The position numbers were made by a program, and so were the translations under genes. This document shows, one piece after another, positions 1 through 8,723 of a stretch of DNA of 48,127 bases. How positions within the stretch are numbered: the first letter of the stretch is position 1; every line of letters begins with the position of its first letter. The DNA comes from an uncultured Collinsella sp. (lineage in GTDB: Bacteria > Actinomycetota > Coriobacteriia > Coriobacteriales > Coriobacteriaceae), in assembly GCA_937958315.1 (NCBI GenBank), contig CALFGH010000149.1, positions 1-48,127 of the forward strand, written 5' to 3'. The notes under the pieces were generated by a model. The model made no database searches, was not told the origin of the DNA, and saw only the letters and a list, made by a program, of their open reading frames with translations.

Positions 1-34
1 GAGGTCAGAAGTTCAAATCTTCTAACGCCCACCA
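1..34 (+). tRNA. 3' part of a tRNA gene, truncated by the window start (possibly tRNA-Val; anticodon not visible)
   Basis: T-arm AGAAG-TTCAAAT-CTTCT, acceptor 3' strand AACGCCC, discriminator A and encoded CCA. Confidence 0.85.
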
Positions 35-42
35 AATGTTCG

Positions 43-81
43 CAGCTCAGAGGCTATGTCCTCTGGGCTGTTTTGTTTTTT
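43..81 (+). terminator. Rho-independent terminator after the tRNA
   Basis: CAGCTCAGAGG/CCTCTGGGCTG stem followed by a T-rich tract. Confidence 0.75.
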
Positions 82-396
82 GCCACCAAGCGCGCCGCCA
101 AATAAGTCATCAAATATTGATCCAAGGTCCGTACGCGATGGTCTTTGTATCCCGTAGGGGTGCCGGCAGATTGCATGTGTCCTGGCCCATCATGACCGCA
201 ACATGTTGGTCAAGGACAATCTTTTGGATTCTTTTGGCGCGAGCAGCTTGGTTTTGGTGCTATTTGGCGGCGGCACGGTTGAGGGGGTTTCAAAACTGCT
301 GTGCAGGTAGTTGGGTTGATAACGTTTTAGCAGTCTGCCAAGAGGCCTTCATTTATAATGCGTCTGCAAATTGACCAATTGCTTTGACCTGCTGAA

Positions 397-444
397 ACAC
401 TATATGTTGTGTTTGACCTAAAAAAAGAATACAGGATATAGATG
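397..444 (+). promoter_or_regulatory. Tandem NrdR boxes
   Basis: ACACTATATGTTGTGT (397-412) and ATACAGGATATAGATG (429-444) match acaCwAtATaTwGtgt, 32 bp apart, upstream of nrdD. Confidence 0.8.
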
Positions 445-670
445 CCTCTTTGTCGTATGATAGATGGCGGACAGAGAACGAGAACCTTATTTGCCCCATT
501 ATTTGGATGGATCTTTGAGCCCCTTGATTGGCTGCGAGGATTGTCCGCATGAGGGCCTATGGTTATCGAAAACACAGATTGCGCGACGGCGCCGCAAGAC
601 AGGGTAAGCCCTGCCGGGCATCGTTTGGCTCTGAAGCGCAATGAGGCTACGATACGAAAGAGGCAAGAGG

Positions 671-2893
671 ATGAAGATCATCAAGCGCAGCGGCACCGAG
701 GTTACCTTTGACATCGATAAGATCGTCAATGCGATCCGCGCCGCAAACTTGGAGGTCGAGGAAGGCTCTCGCCTTACCGACCGCCAGGTGATCTATGCGG
801 CACAAAACGTCGCCGAGGCATGTGAGAAGGCCGGCCACACCGTATCGGTCGAGGAGATCCAGGATCTGGTCGAGGACGAGATTATGCGTCTCGACTGCTA
901 CGAGGTCGCTCGCCACTACATCATCTACCGCTATGTTCAGAGCCTGAAGCGCCAAAAGAACACGACCGATGACAAGATTCTGTCGCTGATTGAGTGCAAT
1001 AACGAAGAGGTCAAGCAGGAGAACTCCAACAAGAACCCGACTGTCAACTCCGTTCAGCGCGACTACATGGCCGGCGAGATTTCCAAGGACCTGACGCAGC
1101 GCGTGCTGCTGCCCCAGGAGATCGTGGATGCCCACAACGAGGGCCTGATTCACTTCCACGATTCGGACTACTTCGCCCAGCACATGCATAACTGTGACCT
1201 GGTGAACCTGGAGGATATGCTCCAGAATGGCACCGTTATCTCGGGCACGCTGATCGAGAAGCCGCACAGCTTTTCGACTGCTTGCAATATCGCGACGCAG
1301 ATCATCGCGCAGGTCGCCTCTTCCCAGTATGGCGGTCAGTCGATTTCGCTGACCCACCTGGCTCCGTTTGTCGAGGTGAGCCGTCAGAAGATTCGCGGCG
1401 AGGTTGCCCGCGAGCTCGAGGAGCTTGGCGTCTCTGCGTCTGCCGAGAAGGTCCGTGAGGTCGTTGAGGATCGTCTGCGTGACGAGATCCGTCGCGGCGT
1501 CCAGACGATTCAGTATCAGGTCGTGACCCTTATGACCACGAATGGCCAGGCGCCGTTCGTGACGGTCTTTATGTATCTCAATGAGGCCCGTACGCCCCAG
1601 GAGAAGCACGACCTTGCCATGATTGTGGAGGAGACGCTTCGTCAGCGCTATGAGGGCGTTAAGAACGAGGCTGGCGTGTGGATCACTCCGGCGTTCCCCA
1701 AGCTTATCTATGTGCTCGAGGACGATAACGTTTACGAGGATTCCCCGTACTTCTACCTGACTCAGCTGGCTGCGAAGTGCACCGCCAAGCGCATGGTGCC
1801 CGACTACATCTCCGAGAAAAAGATGCGTGAGCTCAAGCTGTCTAAGGGTGAGACCGCCGGCAATGGCGATTGCTACACCTGCATGGGTTGCCGCAGCTTC
1901 CTGACGCCCGACCGTTCGGGCAACGGCTTTAACAATGTTGCCAACGCGCTGAACTATGACCCGACCAAACCTAAGTACTATGGCCGCTTTAACCAGGGTG
2001 TTGTGACCATCAACCTGCCCGATGTCGCACTGAGCTCGCATCAGGACATGGACAAGTTCTGGAAGATCTTCGACGAGCGCCTTGAGCTGTGCCATCGTGC
2101 CCTGCTGTGCCGTCATGAGCGCCTGATGGGCACGCTTTCGGATGCCGCACCGATTCTGTGGCAGTACGGCGCCCTGGCGCGCCTTAAGAAGGGCGAGACG
2201 ATCGACAAACTGCTCGTGGGCGGCTATTCCACCATCAGCCTGGGGTATGCCGGTCTGTATGAGTGCGTCAAGTACATGACGGGCCACAGCCACACCGAGA
2301 AGGAAGGCACGCCGTTTGCCATGGCCGTCATGCAGCACATGAACGACAAATGCGCCGAGTGGAAGGCCGAAAGCGATATCGACTTCTCGCTGTACGGCAC
2401 CCCGCTTGAGTCGACGACCTACAAGTTCGCCAAGTGCCTGCAGCGTCGTTTTGGCATTATTCCGGGTGTGACGGACAAGGGCTACATTACCAACAGCTAC
2501 CACGTCCATGTGTCCGAGGAGATTGATGCTTTCGATAAGCTCAAGTTTGAGGGCATGTTCCAGCAGCTTTCGCCGGGCGGTGCCATCTCCTACGTCGAGG
2601 TTCCTAACATGCAGGACAACCTTAAGGCTGTCATTCGCGTGATGCAGTACATCTACGACAACATCATGTACGCCGAGCTCAACACCAAGAGCGATTACTG
2701 CCAGGTGTGCGGCTACGATGGCGAGATCAAGATTGTCGAGGATGACGGCAAGCTGGTGTGGGAGTGCCCCAATTGCGGCAACCGCGATCAGGAGAAGATG
2801 AATGTCGCCCGTCGTACGTGCGGCTACATCGGTACTCAATTCTGGAACCAGGGTCGAACCGAGGAGATCCGCGACCGCGTGCTGCATCTCTAA
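671..2893 (+). CDS. nrdD: Anaerobic (class III) ribonucleoside-triphosphate reductase
   Basis: N-terminal ATP cone (KIIKRSG..FD.DKI), HNC and MGCRS motifs, Zn CxxC pairs, C-terminal RRTCGYI glycyl-radical motif; ATG at 671 after AAGAGG. Confidence 0.97.
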   Translation: MKIIKRSGTEVTFDIDKIVNAIRAANLEVEEGSRLTDRQVIYAAQNVAEACEKAGHTVSVEEIQDLVEDEIMRLDCYEVARHYIIYRYVQSLKRQKNTTDDKILSLIECNNEEVKQENSNKNPTVNSVQRDYMAGEISKDLTQRVLLPQEIVDAHNEGLIHFHDSDYFAQHMHNCDLVNLEDMLQNGTVISGTLIEKPHSFSTACNIATQIIAQVASSQYGGQSISLTHLAPFVEVSRQKIRGEVARELEELGVSASAEKVREVVEDRLRDEIRRGVQTIQYQVVTLMTTNGQAPFVTVFMYLNEARTPQEKHDLAMIVEETLRQRYEGVKNEAGVWITPAFPKLIYVLEDDNVYEDSPYFYLTQLAAKCTAKRMVPDYISEKKMRELKLSKGETAGNGDCYTCMGCRSFLTPDRSGNGFNNVANALNYDPTKPKYYGRFNQGVVTINLPDVALSSHQDMDKFWKIFDERLELCHRALLCRHERLMGTLSDAAPILWQYGALARLKKGETIDKLLVGGYSTISLGYAGLYECVKYMTGHSHTEKEGTPFAMAVMQHMNDKCAEWKAESDIDFSLYGTPLESTTYKFAKCLQRRFGIIPGVTDKGYITNSYHVHVSEEIDAFDKLKFEGMFQQLSPGGAISYVEVPNMQDNLKAVIRVMQYIYDNIMYAELNTKSDYCQVCGYDGEIKIVEDDGKLVWECPNCGNRDQEKMNVARRTCGYIGTQFWNQGRTEEIRDRVLHL

Positions 2894-2906
2894 TAACCAT
2901 CCCAAG

Positions 2907-3040
2907 CTGCCCCGTAGCGAGGCCCCGGACCTTTACTCGCTATTTCGGACAGTCCTGGCTCACGACGGAGGCGCCACTGGCGCCTCCTGTTCGTGCGGAA
3001 CTCATATCGAGCAAAGGTCCGGGGCCTCGCTACGGGGCAG
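2907..3040. repeat. Long palindromic element (28-bp perfect arms, nested inner hairpin)
   Basis: 2907-2934 is the exact reverse complement of 3013-3040; inner GGAGGCGCCA/TGGCGCCTCC. Confidence 0.85.
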
Positions 3041-3220
3041 TCAAGTTGACGTAGCTGAGATGCATCATGCGGTCTGCTCACTCCTCGAAGTTCTTAGCGG
3101 AAATAATTCGAGCTGCAGATACGATTTACTTGCGATGGCGGTTGAGCCGCAACCCAGTTTTTATTAGACCTCGAACCCTATACTCGATGTTCGCTTCGTT
3201 CATTGAGTTACCTTTTGCAT

Positions 3221-3304
3221 GAGGCCGGGACATATCGTCCCGCCCGCAGTTTCGCAGGCCGAAGGCCGAGAATGTTTGAGGACGGGACGATATGTCCCGG
3301 CCTC
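3221..3304. repeat. 22-bp inverted repeat directly upstream of the nrdG RBS
   Basis: GAGGCCGGGACATATCGTCCCG ... CGGGACGATATGTCCCGGCCTC. Confidence 0.85.
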
Positions 3305-3319
3305 CCAGGAGAGTTACCT

Positions 3320-3901
3320 ATGAACTACGCGAACATTAAGTATTTCGACATTGCTGATGGGGAAGGTGTTCGTACTTCTCTGTTTGTGAGTGGGTGCCGT
3401 CGTGGGTGCAAGAATTGCTTTAACTCCGTCGCGTGGGACTTTGCCGCGGGTGAACCGTTCGACCGTGCCGTCGAGGACAAGATTATCGAGAGTCTCGACC
3501 ATCCCTTTATCGATGGTCTGACGATTCTGGGCGGGGAGCCCATGGAACCCGAGAACCAGGCAGGGCTCGTTGAGTTTGTCGAGCGTGTTCGTGCGACTTA
3601 TCCCGTGGAGTCGGGGAAGACTATTTGGTGCTTTACCGGCGACGTGCTCGAGGAGCTTATGCCGGGCGGTCGTCACCATACCGAGGTGACGGACCGTATC
3701 CTTGCCTGCCTCGATATGTTGGTGGACGGCCCGTTCGTTCAAGACCTGTACGATATCTCCTTGCGTTTTAGGGGTTCGAGTAATCAGCGGGTGATCGACA
3801 TGAACGCCACGCGCACTCGTGCCGCGCGCGAGGGCGTTTCGCTTTGCGACGCTGTGGAACTTTGGCGGGACGATCCGGTCTATTCGACCCATACTATGTA
3901 G
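3320..3901 (+). CDS. nrdG: Anaerobic RNR activating enzyme (radical SAM)
   Basis: DIADGEGVRTSLFVSGC, CxxxCxxC, GGEP, FRGSSNQR; AGGAGA RBS before ATG 3320. Confidence 0.96.
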   Translation: MNYANIKYFDIADGEGVRTSLFVSGCRRGCKNCFNSVAWDFAAGEPFDRAVEDKIIESLDHPFIDGLTILGGEPMEPENQAGLVEFVERVRATYPVESGKTIWCFTGDVLEELMPGGRHHTEVTDRILACLDMLVDGPFVQDLYDISLRFRGSSNQRVIDMNATRTRAAREGVSLCDAVELWRDDPVYSTHTM

Positions 3902-3967
3902 CTTGTGGCCGATGCCGGAGGGCGTGGTACCATAGCGCGAACGCAAAATCGGAAAAGTGAGGCCCAG

Positions 3968-4525
3968 ATGGTCGATCAGGAAAAAGTTGAGGCCGCCATA
4001 AGGCTGTTGCTTGAGGGCATAGGCGAGGACCCAACTCGTGAGGGCCTGCTGGAAACGCCGGCACGCGTCGCCCGTATGTATGGCGAGATTGCCGGCGGCA
4101 TGGATCAGAGCGCCGAGGAGCACCTGTCCAAAACCTTTGCCGTCGCTTCGAACGATTTGGTTATCGAGCGCGACATTACGTTTTACTCGCTGTGCGAGCA
4201 CCATCTGCTGCCGTTTTATGGCAAGGCTGCGATCGGCTATATCCCTAACGGTCGTGTGGCGGGTTTGTCTAAGCTTGCCCGCACGGTTGAGGTCTATGCC
4301 CGTCGACTGCAGCTGCAGGAGCAGCTGTGTGCACAGGTTGCCGATGCCCTCATGGATTATCTTGCTCCCCAAGGAGCGATCGTACTGATGGAAGCCGAGC
4401 ATATGTGCATGACCATGCGCGGCGTGCAAAAGCCCGGTACCAAGACCGTAACGCTTGCTCGTCGCGGTGTCTTTGAGACCGATCCATCGCTCGAGGAGCG
4501 ATTCTTTAGGATGCTGGGCCGCTAA
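3968..4525 (+). CDS. folE: GTP cyclohydrolase I
   Basis: [36 protein letters not shown] motifs. Confidence 0.96.
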   Translation: MVDQEKVEAAIRLLLEGIGEDPTREGLLETPARVARMYGEIAGGMDQSAEEHLSKTFAVASNDLVIERDITFYSLCEHHLLPFYGKAAIGYIPNGRVAGLSKLARTVEVYARRLQLQEQLCAQVADALMDYLAPQGAIVLMEAEHMCMTMRGVQKPGTKTVTLARRGVFETDPSLEERFFRMLGR

Positions 4526-4527
4526 CC

Positions 4528-5109
4528 ATGAGAGTCGTCAACGACTTTGCATCGAAGACCGATGAGGGGACGCCGCGTCGCGGCTTTATGGCTTCGGGCC
4601 TGACTCCCTTTGGTGCCATGCCTCGCATTGATTACATCTGTGCCAACGGGTTGTTCCGGCGGCACCTGGGCAACATTGCACAGCTGGAATCGGGGCGCAT
4701 CTTTTGCCGCCACGGTATTGACCATCTGCTGGATGTCGCGCGCATTATGTGGATTAAGAATCTTGAGGAGCAGCTCGGATTTGACCGCGAGGTCATCTAC
4801 GCCACGGCACTTCTTCACGATATCGGCAAAGATGAACAGTATGAATCGGGTATATCCCATGATGTTGCAAGCGAACGCGTCGCTGATGCGATTCTCGGCG
4901 GCATGCCCGATGACGTGGCGTTTGAGCCGGCAGATGCCGCAGCCATTAAGACGGCCATCCTGGGCCATCGAAAGCTGCGCGTGAACAGTCAACCGCTCGA
5001 GCGTCTGCTCTATGCGGCCGACAAGGCCTCGCGAGCCTGCTTTGCATGCCCCGCGCGCAATGCTTGCAACTGGAGCGATGATAAAAAGAACCTGTCGATT
5101 CGCGTGTAG
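4528..5109 (+). CDS. HD-domain phosphohydrolase (start uncertain)
   Basis: H..DH...V, ALLHDIGK, H, ADK pattern of HD domains; lies between folE and folB. Confidence 0.85.
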   Translation: MRVVNDFASKTDEGTPRRGFMASGLTPFGAMPRIDYICANGLFRRHLGNIAQLESGRIFCRHGIDHLLDVARIMWIKNLEEQLGFDREVIYATALLHDIGKDEQYESGISHDVASERVADAILGGMPDDVAFEPADAAAIKTAILGHRKLRVNSQPLERLLYAADKASRACFACPARNACNWSDDKKNLSIRV

Positions 5110-5152
5110 TTAGTTTGCGCGGTCGGGGTTCTAAACGAAGGAGACGATCGCG

Positions 5153-5638
5153 ATGAGCAACAAGAAACTGCCCGAGAATGCAACCAAGACTGAAGGCGCC
5201 GAGCTCGCCCGCCGTGGAAGGGGCGAAATATCCACCGCAACGGCGGTGCCCCACGTGAGCTATGACGATCTGCGCCATGCCGACCGCATTACTATCGACG
5301 GTCTCGAGGTCTTTGCCAATCACGGCGTGTATCCCGAAGAGAACGCGCTGGGCCAGAAGTTCATCGTGTCCTTGGTGCTCTATGCCGACCTGCGCGCAGC
5401 GGGGGAGCACGATAACCTGGACGCCTCGATTGACTACGGCTCGGTGTGCCACGATGTCGATGGCTATCTGCGCGAGCATACGTTTAAACTCATCGAGGCC
5501 GCAGCCGAGGGTGTGGCCCAGATGCTGTTGCGTCGTTATCCCTTGCTGCTTGGTGTGCGCATAAAGCTCGATAAGCCGTGGGCGCCCGTCGGTCTTCCCT
5601 TGACAAGCTGCGGTGTCGAGATCGAGCGCGTGCGCTAA
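5153..5638 (+). CDS. folB: Dihydroneopterin aldolase with N-terminal extension
   Basis: HGVYPEE..LGQKF, SIDYG, LIEA.AE, KPWAP motifs. Confidence 0.92.
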   Translation: MSNKKLPENATKTEGAELARRGRGEISTATAVPHVSYDDLRHADRITIDGLEVFANHGVYPEENALGQKFIVSLVLYADLRAAGEHDNLDASIDYGSVCHDVDGYLREHTFKLIEAAAEGVAQMLLRRYPLLLGVRIKLDKPWAPVGLPLTSCGVEIERVR

Positions 5639-5644
5639 CCGGTT

Positions 5645-6421
5645 CTAATACGTCTCTATGGGTGGCTGCTTGAGCCGCTGCGACAGCGCTCTATTGTTGG
5701 GGCAGTACGTGTCGAGCAGGGCGTGAAACCGCTGATTGTGGCTTGGCTCGAGCAAGTGGACGAGCTCGTGGGCGACAACCATGTCGAGGCATTCGACGGG
5801 GTAGCCGGCAAGTTCTCGTGCGATGCGAATGGCGCCGGATTTGGGCGTGCACGAGCCCCAACGCGTTTTCATGCTGCGTACGGAAACGCGGGAAACGGAG
5901 ACGCCCATTGCGATTTCGTACGCGTGCAAAATATCGCGCAGCGCCGATGTGACCTCGGACGTATAGAGCTGGTCGATGTGGGCTTGGAGCTCGTCGGACG
6001 TTAGACCGTCGAGGATTGCGAGCCGCTTGGCCTGTGGGCCTCCGTTCGATTCGTCGGTACCCATAAAACTTGCGAAGGTGGCCTGTTTGGGTCGCGGTGC
6101 GGGTGACGCAAAGTTGTGATCGAGTGCGTCCTGTACCGTGATGGGCATGCCCCAAAGCGCAATGATGGACGAGGGGCTGAGTGGCTCTCGTGACGTTGCC
6201 TGACGTTGCTCACGCTGGGCAAGTCGGCCGATAATCCAGGCGTTGTTGCGCTTCACAAACGCTTCGATACGCTCGCGGCTGGCGCCGAGCGGTGCGCTGG
6301 CGTGGACCTCACCGCTCGATGTGACGCGCAGGTTGAAGTTCTTGACGCGCTTTTTGGTAACGACGACGGGGATGGGCATCCCATCCGGTCGGGGTAGGAA
6401 AATCGTAAATTGCTGCGTCAA
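5645..6421 (-). CDS. YgjP/DUF45-like M48-type metal-dependent hydrolase
   Basis: MKTRWGSC and HELVH (HExxH), H.Q.F..L. Confidence 0.85.
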   Translation of the reverse strand: MTQQFTIFLPRPDGMPIPVVVTKKRVKNFNLRVTSSGEVHASAPLGASRERIEAFVKRNNAWIIGRLAQREQRQATSREPLSPSSIIALWGMPITVQDALDHNFASPAPRPKQATFASFMGTDESNGGPQAKRLAILDGLTSDELQAHIDQLYTSEVTSALRDILHAYEIAMGVSVSRVSVRSMKTRWGSCTPKSGAIRIARELAGYPVECLDMVVAHELVHLLEPSHNQRFHALLDTYCPNNRALSQRLKQPPIETY

Positions 6422-6495
6422 AAGTTATCCTTCAAATTGGGGACGGGCCGGCATGTCGACCGCTCGGCATGCCGGCCTGCTCAAGGGATGTGAAA

Positions 6496-7509
6496 TTAAT
6501 AACGCTCAAAGAAGGCAAGCGCGTTGTCGCTGCAGAGCTTCTGCATCACGGTCTTGCCAAAGTGCTTGGAGAGCATGTTCTGGAACTCGGGCATCTTGCT
6601 GGCATCGGAGAGGAAGTCGGGTACCTTGGCGCCGTCCCAGTCGCCGCCGAGCGCGATGACATCTTCGCCGCCCAGGTCGAGCCAGTGTTCGATATGGGCT
6701 GCCAGCTGGTCGAAGGTGACATCTGCGGCGGTCTCGTCGGTTGCTTCGTTGGAGAGGAATTCGCTGCAGTAGTTGAGGCCGACGATGCCGCCTATGTCGC
6801 GAATGGTGCGGAACTGGTCGTCGGTGAGGTTGCGCTTGACGCCGCAAACCGCGCGGGAGTTGGAGTGGCTGGCGACGAAGGGGCGCGTGGCGTGGGCGAC
6901 AACCTCGTCAAAGCACTCGTCGTTGAGGTGGGAGACGTCGAGCACCATGCCGACGCGTTCCATCTGCGTAAGCGCCTCGATGCCGGCGGCGGTGAGGCCG
7001 GCGTGGGTGTCGTGGCCGCTCGCGAGCGGTCCCTGCGCGTTCCAGCTGAGCGATGACATGAGAACGCCCAGGCTCTTGAGCACCTCGATCAGCGCGAGGT
7101 CCTCGGCAAAGAACGTGGCGTTTTCGATGGTGTGGATGCAGGCAACCTTGCCGTCCTTGAGTGCAGGGCGAATGTCAGCGGCGCTGCGCACGTTGACCAT
7201 GCGGTCGTGGTTGAGCATGGCCTGGCCGCTCATGTGCGCCATGATCTGCGCTTGGAAGCGCGCGGCGTGGGCGGTGGGAATCTCGTCGGGGACAAACGTG
7301 GCGAAGCACTGTGCCCACGGCGTGTTGCCGATCTTTGCGAGCGAGATGGCGCAGGCGTTGCCCTCGATGAGGTCGAAATCCTGCGGATGCGTTTCGTCGC
7401 CGGGGAAATAACCGTCGGTGCCGGCGGTAAAGCGCAGGTCGAGATCGAGCGTGGCCCAGCCGATGCGGTCGGCGGTGTCGCAGTGCAAGTCAAATACGGG
7501 ATATGCCAT
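6496..7509 (-). CDS. Membrane dipeptidase family (peptidase M19)
   Basis: DLHCD, DVSH, ASHSN, RNLTD, GGDWDG motifs; GGAGG RBS before ATG 7509. Confidence 0.92.
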   Translation of the reverse strand: MAYPVFDLHCDTADRIGWATLDLDLRFTAGTDGYFPGDETHPQDFDLIEGNACAISLAKIGNTPWAQCFATFVPDEIPTAHAARFQAQIMAHMSGQAMLNHDRMVNVRSAADIRPALKDGKVACIHTIENATFFAEDLALIEVLKSLGVLMSSLSWNAQGPLASGHDTHAGLTAAGIEALTQMERVGMVLDVSHLNDECFDEVVAHATRPFVASHSNSRAVCGVKRNLTDDQFRTIRDIGGIVGLNYCSEFLSNEATDETAADVTFDQLAAHIEHWLDLGGEDVIALGGDWDGAKVPDFLSDASKMPEFQNMLSKHFGKTVMQKLCSDNALAFFERY

Positions 7510-7629
7510 GGTTCCTCCGGTTGCAGCGTTTCTTTGCAAACTGTCTTTGAATTGTATGACTAGGGTATAGTTAGCGCCATATGTTCATGGCGGCCCGCGT
7601 TGTGCGCCGCCCTTATTACGGAGGTTACC

Positions 7630-8058
7630 ATGTCCAACAAGGGCAAGAAGGTCAAGACCCATTATCGCGGCACGCTCGACGACGGCACGCAGTTCGATAG
7701 CTCCTACGATCGCGGTGAGCCGCTGGAGTTCACCTGCGGTGCCGGTCAGATGATCAAGGGCTTCGATGCCGCCGTTATCGATATGCAGGTGGGCGAGAAG
7801 AAGTCCGTACACATTCCTGCGGCCGATGCCTACGGTGAGCACAATCCCGAGATGGTTATCACCTTCCCGGCCGAGCAGGTTCCCAACATCGAGCAGATCG
7901 AGAAGGGCATGAAGCTCTTCCTGTCCACGCCGAGCGGCATGCCTGTCCCCGCCGTCGTCATGGACGTGACGCCCGAGGCCGTGACGCTCGACGCCAATCA
8001 CGAGCTCGCCGGCAAGGATCTCAACTTTGATATCGAGCTCGTCGAGGTCGAGGACTAG
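7630..8058 (+). CDS. slyD: FKBP-type peptidyl-prolyl isomerase, SlyD-like, without His-rich tail
   Basis: HYRGTLDDGTQFDSS, AYGE, LDANHELAGKDLNF. Confidence 0.9.
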   Translation: MSNKGKKVKTHYRGTLDDGTQFDSSYDRGEPLEFTCGAGQMIKGFDAAVIDMQVGEKKSVHIPAADAYGEHNPEMVITFPAEQVPNIEQIEKGMKLFLSTPSGMPVPAVVMDVTPEAVTLDANHELAGKDLNFDIELVEVED

Positions 8059-8061
8059 TTG

Positions 8062-8640
8062 ATGTCCGTGGACCTGGTAGCTGCGGAGCGCTTGGGAAAT
8101 CTCAACGACCCGTCCTATGAACTCCTGCTTCGTCGGGAGATGGGTGGCATTTTTGAGGTTGACGAGCTGCTACTCGATTGGGACCAGGCTGATACGCGTT
8201 TGTTTGTGGGCGTGACGGAGCTGGGGCGCACGGTGAATGCCCGGCTGGATGCCACTGATGGCGAGCGTCTTGCCGACGGTGACGTGCTTGCTATTGACCG
8301 CACGGGCGCGGTGCCCGTAGCGGTTGTCGTACGCCTGCGCAGCGCCGAGGTCTATTTGGTCGAAGTCGACCGCATGGATCCGATTGTGCTCGCACATGCG
8401 TGCTGGGAGATCGGCAACATGCATGCGCCGCTCTTCCGGGGTGACTCGGATGATTATACCGTGCGCATGTATACGCCGGTGCAACCGGTTTTGGGTCGCA
8501 TGCTCCGGGGTATTGGGGGCGTTCGACTCTCGGTGGTCACACGCGAGCTCGATGCCAGTCGACGCTTTGCATCGAGCGCGGCGGATGTTGTTGTGAGTAT
8601 GGCTCCAGACTTTACGATCGTAAAGAAGGCGCGCGGTTAA
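8062..8640 (+). CDS. ureE: Urease accessory protein UreE-like
   Basis: L.DGDVL and AHACWEIGNMHAP (GNRH-type motif). Confidence 0.7.
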   Translation: MSVDLVAAERLGNLNDPSYELLLRREMGGIFEVDELLLDWDQADTRLFVGVTELGRTVNARLDATDGERLADGDVLAIDRTGAVPVAVVVRLRSAEVYLVEVDRMDPIVLAHACWEIGNMHAPLFRGDSDDYTVRMYTPVQPVLGRMLRGIGGVRLSVVTRELDASRRFASSAADVVVSMAPDFTIVKKARG

Positions 8641-8653
8641 CGTGCGTATGCGT

Positions 8654-8692
8654 AAGACGGACTTTGAGAGGCAGCTATTCAAAGTCCGTCTT
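8654..8692 (+). terminator. Hairpin, probable terminator
   Basis: AAGACGGACTTTGA/TCAAAGTCCGTCTT inverted repeat after ureE. Confidence 0.55.
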
Positions 8693-8723
8693 GCTGTTGA
8701 TGAAATGCTGTGGGGGAAAGCAT

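Noticed and set aside
1..34. tRNA 3' end as an integration site
   Set aside because: Followed directly by its terminator and housekeeping genes; no second copy noticed in the window
36..374. 112-aa ORF after the tRNA
   Set aside because: Runs through the terminator, no RBS, no motif
585..620. AGACAGGGTAAGCCCTGCC resembling a B12 box upstream of nrdD
   Set aside because: The other cobalamin riboswitch elements (GGGAA, GCCACTG, GGGAAG) are absent
647..2905. 752-aa minus-strand ORF, and similar long antisense ORFs over metY, pgi, yfcC, frlB and ettA
   Set aside because: Shadow frames of high-GC genes with strong codon bias; no motifs or RBS
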